Assembly: GCF_001194135.2 (NCBI RefSeq)
Contig: NC_068989.1
Location: 58,780,401-58,844,400, forward strand
DNA length: 64,000 nt
Source of the DNA: Octopus bimaculoides
Taxonomy: Eukaryota
Reading direction: 5' to 3'
Shown here one piece after another: positions 52,724 to 63,684 of the stretch (positions within the stretch are counted from its first letter, which is position 1; each line of letters opens with the position of its first letter). Under the pieces are notes generated by a model. That model worked only from the letters and a program-made list of their open reading frames with translations, was not told the origin of the DNA and did no database searches. The position numbers and the translations under genes are program-made.

Positions 52724-55276
52724 TTAATTGGTTTCATAATCAGCCAACCAGGGAGGAGGGTGCCGCTCCCTCTGTGGTCGCTGTGCGACCCCGGGACTGG
52801 CCTGAGTTCCTGGCGCGCTGCCTTCATCATCTTGCCTACTGCTGCTGTCTTCATCATCCTGCCCACTGCAGCTGGTTCCATCCTCTGAAGCACTGACAAT
52901 CTTCCGCACATCCAAAACATAGCGTGGCATACCATCGACCGAGACGTTATTCTTTGAATTGATGGAGGTTATAGTTCCTTTCCCTCATTGTGATGTGCAC
53001 CGTGCATTTGGGGGTTTTACCCATACTTCTTCCCCGATCTGCACGAAGGTGTGCTCTTCTTCTCCCCGGAGTCGCATTGATGCAATACACGGGTGCCTCC
53101 ACTCGTACCTGAATATTGCCCTGTGTGGCACCGACTTCTCAGCCTGTCCTGACCTGGGCGACATATTATACCAAAGAAAACGGCCTCGATTGGCGAAATG
53201 TGGCCCCTCTCTGCCATGGTCTTGATGGTACAATGATGCCTTTCCACCACTCCATTTCCACTTGGCCGGTATGCCGCCCTGAAGAAGAGGCTGACCTACC
53301 ACCCGTCAAGCATTTCTTTCAGCACCTCCGAGCGAAATGCAGTGCCATTATCTAGCAGCAACTCATCCTCGGGGTCTCGTTCCAGGAATATCCCATTTAA
53401 TACTCCGCGATTTCCTCTGCAGTCCCCGTCTTCATCTCCCTCCATATGGCCATCCGCCCCGGTCCGCAGTCAACCATTGAGAGGTACATCCCTTGCCGGT
53501 AGTGTGTTACGTCCACTGCCAGTCGTTTCCAGTTGTGGGCCACTGGAATACTTCCCGCCTCATGTACGCCCGGACGTCTGCCCTGTTCTTTTCGGAAGGC
53601 ACAAAAATTACGCTCAGCTCCAGATCGAACTCAGCGGTTAGCTCACGCAATATTCCCAATCGGCGCTTTACCAGCATCTCCGCGGCCCCTTTGGTTCGCA
53701 CCCTCCGCTCATTGNNNNNNNNNNNNNNNNNNNNNNNNNNNNNNNNNNNNNNNNNNNNNNNNNNNNNNNNNNNNNNNNNNNNNNNNNNNNNNNNNNNNNN
53801 NNNNNNNNNNNNNNNNNNNNNNNNNNNNNNNNNNNNNNNNNNNNNNNNNNNNNNNNNNNNNNNNNNNNNNNNNNNNNNNNNNNNNNNNNNNNNNNNNNNN
53901 NNNNNNNNNNNNNNNNNNNNNNNNNNNNNNNNNNNNNNNNNNNNNNNNNNNNNNNNNNNNNNNNNNNNNNNNNNNNNNNNNNNNNNNNNNNNNNNNNNNN
54001 NNNNNNNNNNNNNNNNNNNNNNNNNNNNNNNNNNNNNNNNNNNNNNNNNNNNNNNNNNNNNNNNNNNNNNNNNNNNNNNNNNNNNNNNNNNNNNNNNNNN
54101 NNNNNNNNNNNNNNNNNNNNNNNNNNNNNNNNNNNNNNNNNNNNNNNNNNNNNNNNNNNNNNNNNNNNNNNNNNNNNNNNNNNNNNNNNNNNNNNNNNNN
54201 NNNNNNNNNNNNNNNNNNNNNNNNNNNNNNNNNNNNNNNNNNNNNNNNNNNNNNNNNNNNNNNNNNNNNNNNNNNNNNNNNNNNNNNNNNNNNNNNNNNN
54301 NNNNNNNNNNNNNNNNNNNNNNNNNNNNNNNNNNNNNNNNNNNNNNNNNNNNNNNNNNNNNNNNNNNNNNNNNNNNNNNNNNNNNNNNNNNNNNNNNNNN
54401 NNNNNNNNNNNNNNNNNNNNNNNNNNNNNNNNNNNNNNNNNNNNNNNNNNNNNNNNNNNNNNNNNNNNNNNNNNNNNNNNNNNNNNNNNNNNNNNNNNNN
54501 NNNNNNNNNNNNNNNNNNNNNNNNNNNNNNNNNNNNNNNNNNNNNNNNNNNNNNNNNNNNNNNNNNNNNNNNNNNNNNNNNNNNNNNNNNNNNNNNNNNN
54601 NNNNNNNNNNNNNNNNNNNNNNNNNNNNNNNNNNNNNNNNNNNNNNNNNNNNNNNNNNNNNNNNNNNNNNNNNNNNNNNNNNNNNNNNNNNNNNNNNNNN
54701 NNNNNNNNAAGTATGCTGGTAGCAGCCCACTTTATTTTTTAACGTCGGGGGTTCTCCCCTCCAGTGCCACTCCACTGTCCACCTCTGGCCATCGAAGGCG
54801 GCACGAAAATCCTGGTCTTCAATAGTGTGCGCGGCATAGTTTACTTCGCGGTTCTCACCAATGCACGGCGTCGCCATACACGGTTTCCCCGCGACCCCGA
54901 AAGTCACACCAGCCTCGTTGACAGTGACACCTCCTAAACGGGTGATTGCATCCATCCCCATCACCACGTCAATCTCATCCACCAAGTGGCCAACTACAAT
55001 TGCTTGCAGCGTCAGCTTTGCTCCCTGCACCTCAATCTGAACGTCAATAATGCCTTCACAGCGGACTTCTCTTCCGTCGACTGCCCTCACACTGCTTTCT
55101 CCACTCCACGTCTCTACCACTCTCGGAGTCATCAGGGTCGTTGTACAGCCTGTGTCCACGAGGGCACGCGACATCTTCCCATCCACCAGCACATCAACAG
55201 CGGGTAGAAAAAAATGCGCCTTTATTGATCCGAAGGGATGACCACTGGCGCAGTAGTTTCCCTTAGACTGTTTCCC
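52724..55276 (-). pseudogene. pol: aspartic protease, RT/RNase H (mostly in gap), integrase; stops, frameshifts and an internal deletion
   Basis: ALVDTGC (protease), RNase H tail V..EKNRADV, integrase LAVDVTHY..LLDNGTAF..GNGVVERHH; stop codons in ..DGW*V and ..CTSQ*GKG. Confidence 0.9.
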
Positions 55277-55710
55277 TGCAGACATTCGCTGGCTATATGT
55301 CCCGTTTCTCGACAACGGTAGCAAATGACCTCAGGCTTGGGTAACTTGCAGTCTCGCACCATGTGCGGGCCCTGACACCGGAAACACTGTCCTTGTTCGA
55401 CCCCTCTCCGCTACTCTTTGGTCGGCCACCTTTTGCTGTTGCCGTTGCTGCCAACGGAGTCGATCTACAACACGAAACTAACATGCGAGCCCGCGTTGTT
55501 ATATCTGCCATGGGCATGGCGTTCACGTCCGGCAGTTTCTGCAATTCGACCGACATGTGGTCAGGAAAACCAGTCACAAACGCCAACTTTACTGTTCGAT
55601 CCAGCGATTCTCCCTCGTACCCCGCCAGTGTAGCCAACCTCCTAAGTTCGTTGGCAAACACGTCGACCTGTTCGCCAGTCCACTTCGCTCTCCCCAGGCG
55701 AGCGTACGCN
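55219..55710 (-). pseudogene. gag C-terminal part with two zinc knuckles; one frameshift near 55393
   Basis: FANELRRLATLAGY..KLAFVTGFPD.., then in a shifted frame CFRCQGPHMVRDC and CYRCRETGHIASEC. Confidence 0.85.
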
Positions 55711-56250
55711 NNNNNNNNNNNNNNNNNNNNNNNNNNNNNNNNNNNNNNNNNNNNNNNNNNNNNNNNNNNNNNNNNNNNNNNNNNNNNNNNNNNNNNNNNN
55801 NNNNNNNNNNNNNNNNNNNNNNNNNNNNNNNNNNNNNNNNNNNNNNNNNNNNNNNNNNNNNNNNNNNNNNNNNNNNNNNNNNNNNNNNNNNNNNNNNNNN
55901 NNNNNNNNNNNNNNNNNNNNNNNNNNNNNNNNNNNNNNNNNNNNNNNNNNNNNNNNNNNNNNNNNNNNNNNNNNNNNNNNNNNNNNNNNNNNNNNNNNNN
56001 NNNNNNNNNNNNNNNNNNNNNNNNNNNNNNNNNNNNNNNNNNNNNNNNNNNNNNNNNNNNNNNNNNNNNNNNNNNNNNNNNNNNNNNNNNNNNNNNNNNN
56101 NNNNNNNNNNNNNNNNNNNNNNNNNNNNNNNNNNNNNNNNNNNNNNNNNNNNNNNNNNNNNNNNNNNNNNNNNNNNNNNNNNNNNNNNNNNNNNNNNNNN
56201 NNNNNNNNNNNNNNNNNNNNNNNNNNNNNNNNNNNNNNNNNNNNNNNNNN

Positions 56251-56408
56251 GTCTGACCCTTCCGGTCTGACCCTTCCGGTCTGACCCTTCCGGTCTGACC
56301 CTTCCGGTCTGACCCTTCCGGTCTGACCCTTCCGGTCTGGCTTCACTTCTGTTTGCCTCATCCCTCTCCACCAACAACACACAGCTCATCACAGCCCATA
56401 ACACCACA
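56251..56408 (-). repeat. Visible part of the 5' LTR, with at least six tandem copies of GTCTGACCCTTCCG
   Basis: Tandem 14-mer at 56251-56337 running into the gap; the remainder matches 52590-52660. Confidence 0.9.
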
Positions 56409-57166
56409 GAATTGAATTCACGATGTGTAACGATAACATTCGATATGCATCTGTTCCCTTTTTGATACAGTATGTATTCGAGTTTTATAATTATATGTCC
56501 CCAGCAGTTTCCACTGAAGATCCACAGATGATTGGAACGTATAATTATAAATCTCGAATACATACCGTAAAACAAAGGGGATACGTGCATATCGAATGTT
56601 ATCGATATATATCGTGAATTCGACTAAAAATGTCCTCAAGCAACGTGCCAAGTCCGAATAAAGCAGCAGTGAATTATCTGACCCAAGAATTAAAATATTT
56701 AAATATAAATATAAAGGGTAAAAATTATTAAAAATAATAATTTTGACCAGTGACCAGCATATGTAAAAGAAATACCCATAGACCATAAATATTTTTATAA
56801 TATATATGTGTGTATAAAATTACACACGAAGGGAAGAACCACTAAGTAGTCTTCCTACATGCTGAAAAGAGATGTCAAATCTGCAAACCACGAAAAAACA
56901 CTTATTTTATGCACGTTGAATGTAGGCGGGCCGGATAATTTGAAACAATTAAAAGGAGCAGTTATTTCTATTCATCCAAAGTTTCGCCATTAGCGATTAA
57001 ATTAATCAATTAATTAACTAATTAATTAATCAATGAATCAATCATCTATGAATCTTCAATAGAAACTTCTGGGGACATATAATTATAAAACTCGAATACA
57101 TACCGTATCACAAAGGAGACATATACATATCGAATGTTATCGTTATACATCGTGAATTCAATTCAA

Positions 57167-57487
57167 ATGTTCTCAAGCAACGTGCCAAGCCCGAATAAAG
57201 CAGCAGTGAATTACCTGACCCAAGAATTAAAATATTTGAATATAAATATAAAGGGTAAACATTGTTTAAAGTAATAATTTTTACCAGCGGCCAGCATATG
57301 TAAAAAATGTCCGTAGACCATAAATATTTAATCGTTAATGGTGAAACTTCGGAGAAGAGAAATAACAGGTCTTTTTAGTTCTTTCAAATTGTCCTGCTCA
57401 TCTACATTCAACGTGCATAAATAAAAATGTTTTTTTCGTGGTTTGGGGATTTAACATCTCTTTTCAGCATGTAAGAAGACCTCTTAG
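57167..57487 (+). CDS. Candidate two-exon micro-ORF (57167-57254 plus 57468-57487), MFSSNVPSPNKAAVNYLTQELKYLNINIKACKKTS*
   Basis: ATG, G|GTAAA donor and CTCTTTTCAG acceptor are shared by the paralogous copies; substitutions are biased to synonymous sites; copy 1 has an in-frame 18-nt insertion. Confidence 0.35.
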
Positions 57488-58099
57488 TGGTTCTTCGCTT
57501 CGTGTATAATTTTATACACACGTATATNNNNNNNNNNNNNNNNNNNNNNNNNNNNNNNNNNNNNNNNNNNNNNNNNNNNNNNNNNNNNNNNNNNNNNNNN
57601 NNNNNNNNNNNNNNNNNNNNNNNNNNNNNNNNNNNNNNNNNNNNNNNNTATATATATATATATATATATGTAACTATGTATGTATACATATGACCAGTTT
57701 CACATTTGTTAATTTTCAAAAGTGTACGTTATGAGGAATATGGAGCTATATTGCAACCTGCGTCTTTTCTGGTTGTGGTTCTAAAAATCTCTGATATTAT
57801 AAAAAGATTGTGGCTCAGATCACTATCAGTTAATGTTCTGATTGATTGGTAGAAGATGTTCATGTTGAATTTATCTCTCTGTCTACCCAACTATTCAACT
57901 AAAGTAACTTTCTTTCGGTCAAATATTTCCATCAAATATTAGTTACGGACAACGATCGATTTCTACTTCTCTCTTTTAGTAAAATGTTCTCTAATATAAT
58001 CATTGCAATTAACAGACCGTTAACTCCTTGGTAGTGAGGAGATTTAATTAAATTCAAAATAGCAAATTCTGCCTAATAATATTATATGGACATTATTAA

Positions 58100-58310
58100 G
58101 GCGCTGTGTGGTAGGGTCGTTAGCATGCCGGGCTAAATATTTAGCGACATTTCGTATTCATGTTGAGTACACATTCCGTCGAGGTCGACTATCTGTCATC
58201 CCTTCAGGGTCGTTAAAGTAAGAACCAGTTGAGTGTTGGAGTCAAGGCAATCGACTTAACCCTCTCACAAAATTGCTGGCTTTGTGCCAAAATTGGAAAT
58301 CAATATCTGA
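58100..58310 (+). mobile_element. SINE family B, diverged
   Basis: GTCGTTAGCATGCCGGGCTAAATATTTAGCGACATTTCG..GAGGTCGACTATCTGTCATCCCTTCAGGGTCG. Confidence 0.7.
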
Positions 58311-58874
58311 AATTATAGTCAAAATCCAATTCACCAACGAGAAAGATTCCAAGCAAGATATTTCTTTCTGTTGCATCCAGTCATTTATAATACATTTCCT
58401 ACATGAAAATATACATCATTATAAATATTTCCTACAATATACAATGAAGCACCCTTTGCTTGTAAATGAATTAAGAGTTAAATTTCTTGAAATTTTAACT
58501 ACAAAATATATATTATTGAAATGCAATATTGACTTATTCTTTACATAATTCAACTTAGTGATATACTAAACACCAATAGATAAATACGGCAAATCATATT
58601 GAATAAAAAAGAAATATATAAACGAAGGAGTTTTTTTGGAAGAGATCAATATTCATTCACAAACACACTTCAGCTACAATCTTTTCTTTCTTCGACAGTA
58701 ATTGTAACGGCTGACACTGAAGGAGCTCGTTTCATACTGTATTCATCTGGGCTCAACTGGCCTATACAGATAACGTAGGAATATCACAAATAGATTACAA
58801 CTGAGGAGTTATTAAATGCATTAAGAGCATTATGCATTTGATTAGACCTATGTACACTCACTAAACTATGTGTT

Positions 58875-58911
58875 CGGTTGGATGATTTTTTAATGAATAA
58901 ATGTGATTGCA

Positions 58912-58970
<59 letters not shown>

Positions 58971-59158
58971 GCACACATTGAAATTGTCATCACTATACGA
59001 GCGGATGTATGTTTGTGTACGTGTGTATATCGGTTGGATGTGTTCTTTGTTAATGAATAAATGTGATTGCACACACGGACTCATGCACGCGCTCACACAC
59101 ACACCTACACACATTAAAATTGTCGTCACTATACGGGTGGATAAATGTGTGTGTTGCA
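58875..59158. repeat. Tandem duplication of a ~130-155 bp unit containing (CA)n
   Basis: CGGTTGGATG..TTAATGAATAAATGTGATTGCA..AAATTGTC(A/G)TCACTATACG occurs twice. Confidence 0.85.
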
Positions 59159-60283
59159 TCTCTTTCTATATTTACCAGGTGTCAGGTATGAACTCGTTAA
59201 AGTAAGTACACTTTAATCGCCACCTAGATCCACTTCTTCAACCTTTATAGGATGAGTCCCACCTGGTTCTCCACATAGCCTTTACCAATAGAAGCAGCTG
59301 TAAAAAAAAATGTGCTATAGCATGGAATGTATATATGTAAATATAAGAAGCTTGTCTTCTATTTATTTTGCTTCACTTTGTGTTTGTAAAACTGTGCGGT
59401 AGCATTTGCACTCCGCACCGCTCTACTCTACACAGCAGCGTAGTGGGTGGTCTTTGCAAAACAAACTATATAGATAGGGCGGACAAGCAGACAAGCAGGC
59501 AGACAACTCGATACACACACATACACACACACGCACACATACACACACACACGCACACGCACACAAACTCACGCACACAATTTAGTATGCGTGCGTGCTT
59601 GGCTCCTCCAGTAATCTTGCGACCTTGTAAAATCTTTTGTCTTTTTGTATAGTGTTGACTCCTTTTCCGCGTTACATGTTTGTGGGGGTACAGTAATCAT
59701 CAGGGAGAGGAGTTGCCGAGGGATTCGTATTGTTGAAATTATTTGACAAGAGGCGCTACTGCAACGTGTGTCTACGAGGGTGTTTGTTTACGATTTGTAG
59801 CTGTGGTATCTAGTTTAGCTCCCTAACTGACAGCGTAGCCATGGGGGTTCTAAGAAAAGAGGAAGAAAGACTTTTTTGTCAGTTTTTATCAGTTGGTCTA
59901 TATTATTCGAGGTATAAACTGATGCCATCAGCCCCATTTCCATAAATTTCGAGATATGTGTGCTTCACTATTTTCTATTTTGCCGCACATATGTTACATC
60001 TTCAGAACAATTCTTTCCTTATTCTGAAAGTATGCCTTGATTTTATCACACCACTTTTATTCTACAGCATCGTTTAAGCGAAAAAAAAAAAAAAAAAAAG
60101 TTTAAACGTACCTTACATCCTCTTAGATATTTATTTTAAAAGGAGGGTAAACTTTAAGATAGATGCAATATACTATAAAAGAACACAGCTCACTTCCTTC
60201 ATCACCAAAAAATATAGTTAAAAAAAAGACATGGCGTCTTAGTTCACAACATAATGATTTGCAGAAACATTTTAATAAATTAA

Positions 60284-61645
60284 CCCTTGGCCTACCAGAG
60301 AAAATGTATGTCATTAATTACCAACTGGGTCCAATGGATCCAATATTTTTCTTTCTATTAAATTTTATTCAAACTACCATTATTTTTTAGCTACATTATA
60401 TATGCTATCAGGTGAATGAAGAATTACTTTTTCTCACTAATTTTAATAAAAGAAATATAGCTTACAGAAAAAAGTATAAATTCAAAAATTACAGAATTAC
60501 AGCTCTTCACGGCAGTGAAGGTAGACAACATTGGAATTTTCTTGGCAAACATGGATATTACAATTCTTACATGTAGTACGAGTTTTCCTGTCTTTTTGGA
60601 GACCACTCAAAAACATCTTCCTTTTTTCTTTGGCTGAGGAATCTCAAATGAGGTTGAAGATCGTCTTCTTTTCTTGTTTGGTTGAGAAATGTTAGCGGAA
60701 CTTGAAGATTGTTTGTCATGTTCTTGTTTGGCATTAACTCCAGCAAGTTCCTTTCCTAACTGAATTAGGCACTATCTTCTTTTATCCTTGAAACTTTGCA
60801 AGTGAAGCCGTTTAGCAAAAATGAATGCATTCACTGCACTTATATCAATCATATTGTAGAATATAACCATAGGCCATCTTCGAGTCATTCTTTAGCAAGT
60901 GTATGTCCTTACCATCTTATCTAGGGTATCTACTCCTCCTTTTGTTTTGTTGTAACATGTAATAACTTCAGGTTTCTTTTCAGCACTTTTTGAATCAATT
61001 GAAGGCCGAGAGTGAATTGTAATCATAAGTGTGACCACATAATTTTTCTTGGAACAATAAGATAAGATCATAGAATCCTTTTGAAATCCAAATATTGTGC
61101 TGTTACTTTCTCTTTCTTTTCCATTTCTGAAGCACTTGGATGTTCAACTCTGTTCTTGCTAATTGTTCCAATTAAAGTAGTTTTCTTGCTAAGCATCTTT
61201 CAAGCCAATCCTAGACTTGTAAAAAATTTGTCACAAGTTATATTGCAACCAGTATTTTTAAGTTCTTTTACTAGGTATTCAACAACTCTTGAACCTTGAT
61301 TTGTCTCTCTCCCTTTTACTGGTCGTTTTCCAATGTAGATTTGCATTTTCCAGGCATAAGATGTATCACTGTCGCATATTGCTCAAATTTTAATTCCATA
61401 CTTCTTTGGTTTTGAAGGAATATATATCCGGAATGGGCCGCGTCCTCTGAATGAAACTAACTGTTCATCAACTGTCATGCATGAACTTGGAGCATACCCA
61501 TCTTTCAAATTCTGGTTCCACATTTCAAATACTTCTCTTATGGGCTCCAATTTATCATCACTTCTCTTTTTTCTTCTTGCACTAGCATCCTCAAAACGCA
61601 ATACTTGTAAAATCTGTTGAAATCTTCCCTAGCTCATAATTTTAT
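60284..61645 (-). mobile_element. piggyBac transposon 3' half with TTAA-bounded terminus, decayed transposase
   Basis: DDKLEPIREVF..MTVDEQLVSFRGR..YIPSKPKKYGIK, ..YNKTKGGVDTLD..RRWPMVIFYNMIDI, and Cys-rich tail TCKNCNIHVC; terminus TTAA(60280-60283)-CCCTTGG. Confidence 0.9.
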
Positions 61646-61683
61646 TGAACCAGATGATAAAACAAATTTATTTCACTATAACA

Positions 61684-61849
61684 TATGTGGCTCGGGCGGG
61701 TTGTGTGGTAAAAAGCTTGCTTCCCAACCATATGGTTCCGGGTTCAGTCCCACTGCATGGCACCTTGGGCAAGTGTCATCTACTATAGCCTCGGGCTGAC
61801 CAAAGCCTTATGATTGGATATGGTAGACGGAAACTGAAAGAAGCCCGTC

Positions 61850-61895
<46 letters not shown>

Positions 61896-62078
61896 AAGAA
61901 TTTACAAAAAAAACAACAACAGACGAGGACAGGTGGTGTAAACAACAAAAGGATGTATTAGTTTAACGCTCGGGAATAGAGAAAGTCTTTAACGTTTCGA
62001 GCTACGCTCTTCAACAGAAAGAAATAAGGAGAAAAACAAGGAGAAAATATATATATGTGTGTGTGTGTGTGCGTGCGT

Positions 62079-62117
<39 letters not shown>

Positions 62118-62333
62118 TGTGTGTCTTTGTGTCTGTTTTTATCTCCCCACCATCTCTTGATAACCGATGTTGGTGTGTTTACGTCCTCGTAGCATAGCGG
62201 TTCGGCAAAAGAGATTGGTAGAATAAGTACCAGGCTTACAAAGAATAAGTTCTGGGTCGATTTGTTCGACCAAAGGCGGTGCTACAGCATGGCCGCAGTC
62301 AAGTGACTGAAAAAAATAAAAGAGGAAAAGAAT
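61684..62333 (+). mobile_element. SINE family A with a nested hammerhead-family insert in its central microsatellite
   Basis: Head at 61684-61850, (TA)n, insert at 61894-62047, (TG)n, tail ending GACTGAAAAAAATAAAAGAGGAAAAGAA. Confidence 0.85.
61894..62047 (-). mobile_element. Hammerhead-family short element nested in the (TA)n of a SINE
   Basis: Reverse complement closely matches 3637-3804, including CTGTTGAAGAGCGTAGCTCGAAACGTTAAAGACTTTC. Confidence 0.75.
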
Positions 62334-63684
62334 ACAGTTTGTATTTAGACATAGTTTAAATTTTACATATTATTTATAATTACATATAACTTAAAGTATA
62401 TTTTTCGTATAGTGTCATAATCACCACACGCCTAATACAGGCAAAGGTTTACAGTCAGGTTTTAATTTTTTTTCAAAATAATTCATAGAAAAATAATTCC
62501 TAACTCTACAAATGCTAAAAACTGTATTTCTCTAGGCATTAGGTTAACTATTTTTAAGAATATATATCTTCTCTTGTGCAATAATTCTGATACGATGTGA
62601 AGTGAAATTAGGCAAAACGTTTCATGGTGGAATTGATAGTCGCTCCTGTACATAAGCATTAACAAACAGTCGGATCCTGTAACGATTTCTGAATTTCAAA
62701 TCAAAACCTTCATTTCTTCCACGGGGTGGGGAAGATTTTCTCATTGATAGCACCTGGGATATTCTCTGTTAGTTATTCTACATGTTCGGGTTGTTTCCGC
62801 TTTCTGCTTGAACCAGAGTAACTATATATATATTCTATATATTTCACCAAAATATTTGGCAGAATGTCACCTGATGAAATTAAGTGGTTATGTAATAATG
62901 CGAATTATGTAATGCAATCCTATATGGACTTCGTATTTGGGAATAAATCACGCTATTAAAACGCATGTTGTGATGTCTTAAATTATCCATCCCTATTTGT
63001 TTACTTAAAGATACGCCGTATCATATATACATTTGATATATATACAGATTTCTAAGATATCTGAAACCAATATATAACTGGAATCATCTGGAATACTTTC
63101 TTTCAGAGTAATCTGTATAGCCAAGGATACGAAGAAGTGCTTCTAAGTTAATTTATGAAGAACTATTTGATCCCATCTCAGAGTGAATCATATACACGGC
63201 ACCGATGAACTGAAGTAATGGCAAAATATCGATATCTGTCGTTCTTGTTTCCCTCCGAAGAGTTTCGATTTCATTGACTTTGAAGTAATAGTATGTGTTT
63301 TTAACACCCTACGTCTTCAAAGGGACTTACCCTAAACGAAATACCACAGCCAAAAACCGTTTAAACACAGATACAATAAGGATGTACCATCGATAATGTT
63401 TAGATTATAGAGTTGATCCTAACTAAAAATTTGTGTCTTGTTTTACTCGCGGGGCGCTGTTGCACAGCAGCACATAGACTTTACGCTATCGGTATTACTT
63501 CGGACCGTCAAGCTTTGAGCTATACGGTGCTTGTTTTGTTTTTTTATAGCACTTTGCGTCTTTAAAAGGACTTCTCTGGATGATATACTGCAGTCAAAAA
63601 GTATGTAATATTGGTAATATATATAGCTTTCATTCAGCCTTCTTCTGGCTATTTCGTAATGTTGATCCGTTAGTTAATCACTAG

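Larger units (their letters stand above)
52403..56408 (-). mobile_element. Gypsy-type LTR retrotransposon with 5-bp TSD GAATT
   Basis: TGTGGTGT..ACACCACA termini; GAATT at 52398-52402 and 56409-56413; domain order gag, PR, (RT in gap), RH, INT. Confidence 0.92.
52015..57527. repeat. Three copies of a ~500-bp unit: copy 1 (-) 52015-52402 plus 56414-56535, split by the LTR element; copy 2 (+) 56540-57000 with inverted last ~200 bp; copy 3 (+) 57040-57527
   Basis: Shared blocks such as CTCAAGCAACGTGCCAAG(C/T)CCGAATAAAGCAGCAGTGAAT, CATGCTGAAAAGAGATGT and CTCGAATACATAC occur in the stated orientations; copies are roughly 80-95% alike. Confidence 0.9.

Noticed and set aside
56251-56337. Regular 14-bp repeat array resembling a CRISPR or iteron array
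   Set aside because: No spacers; it is a head-to-tail minisatellite inside a eukaryotic LTR.
57461-57475. 3-nt micro-exon TTTTCAG-CAT-GTAAG
   Set aside because: The donor is not conserved in copy 2 (GTAGG); more simply read as the start of the candidate terminal exon, or chance.
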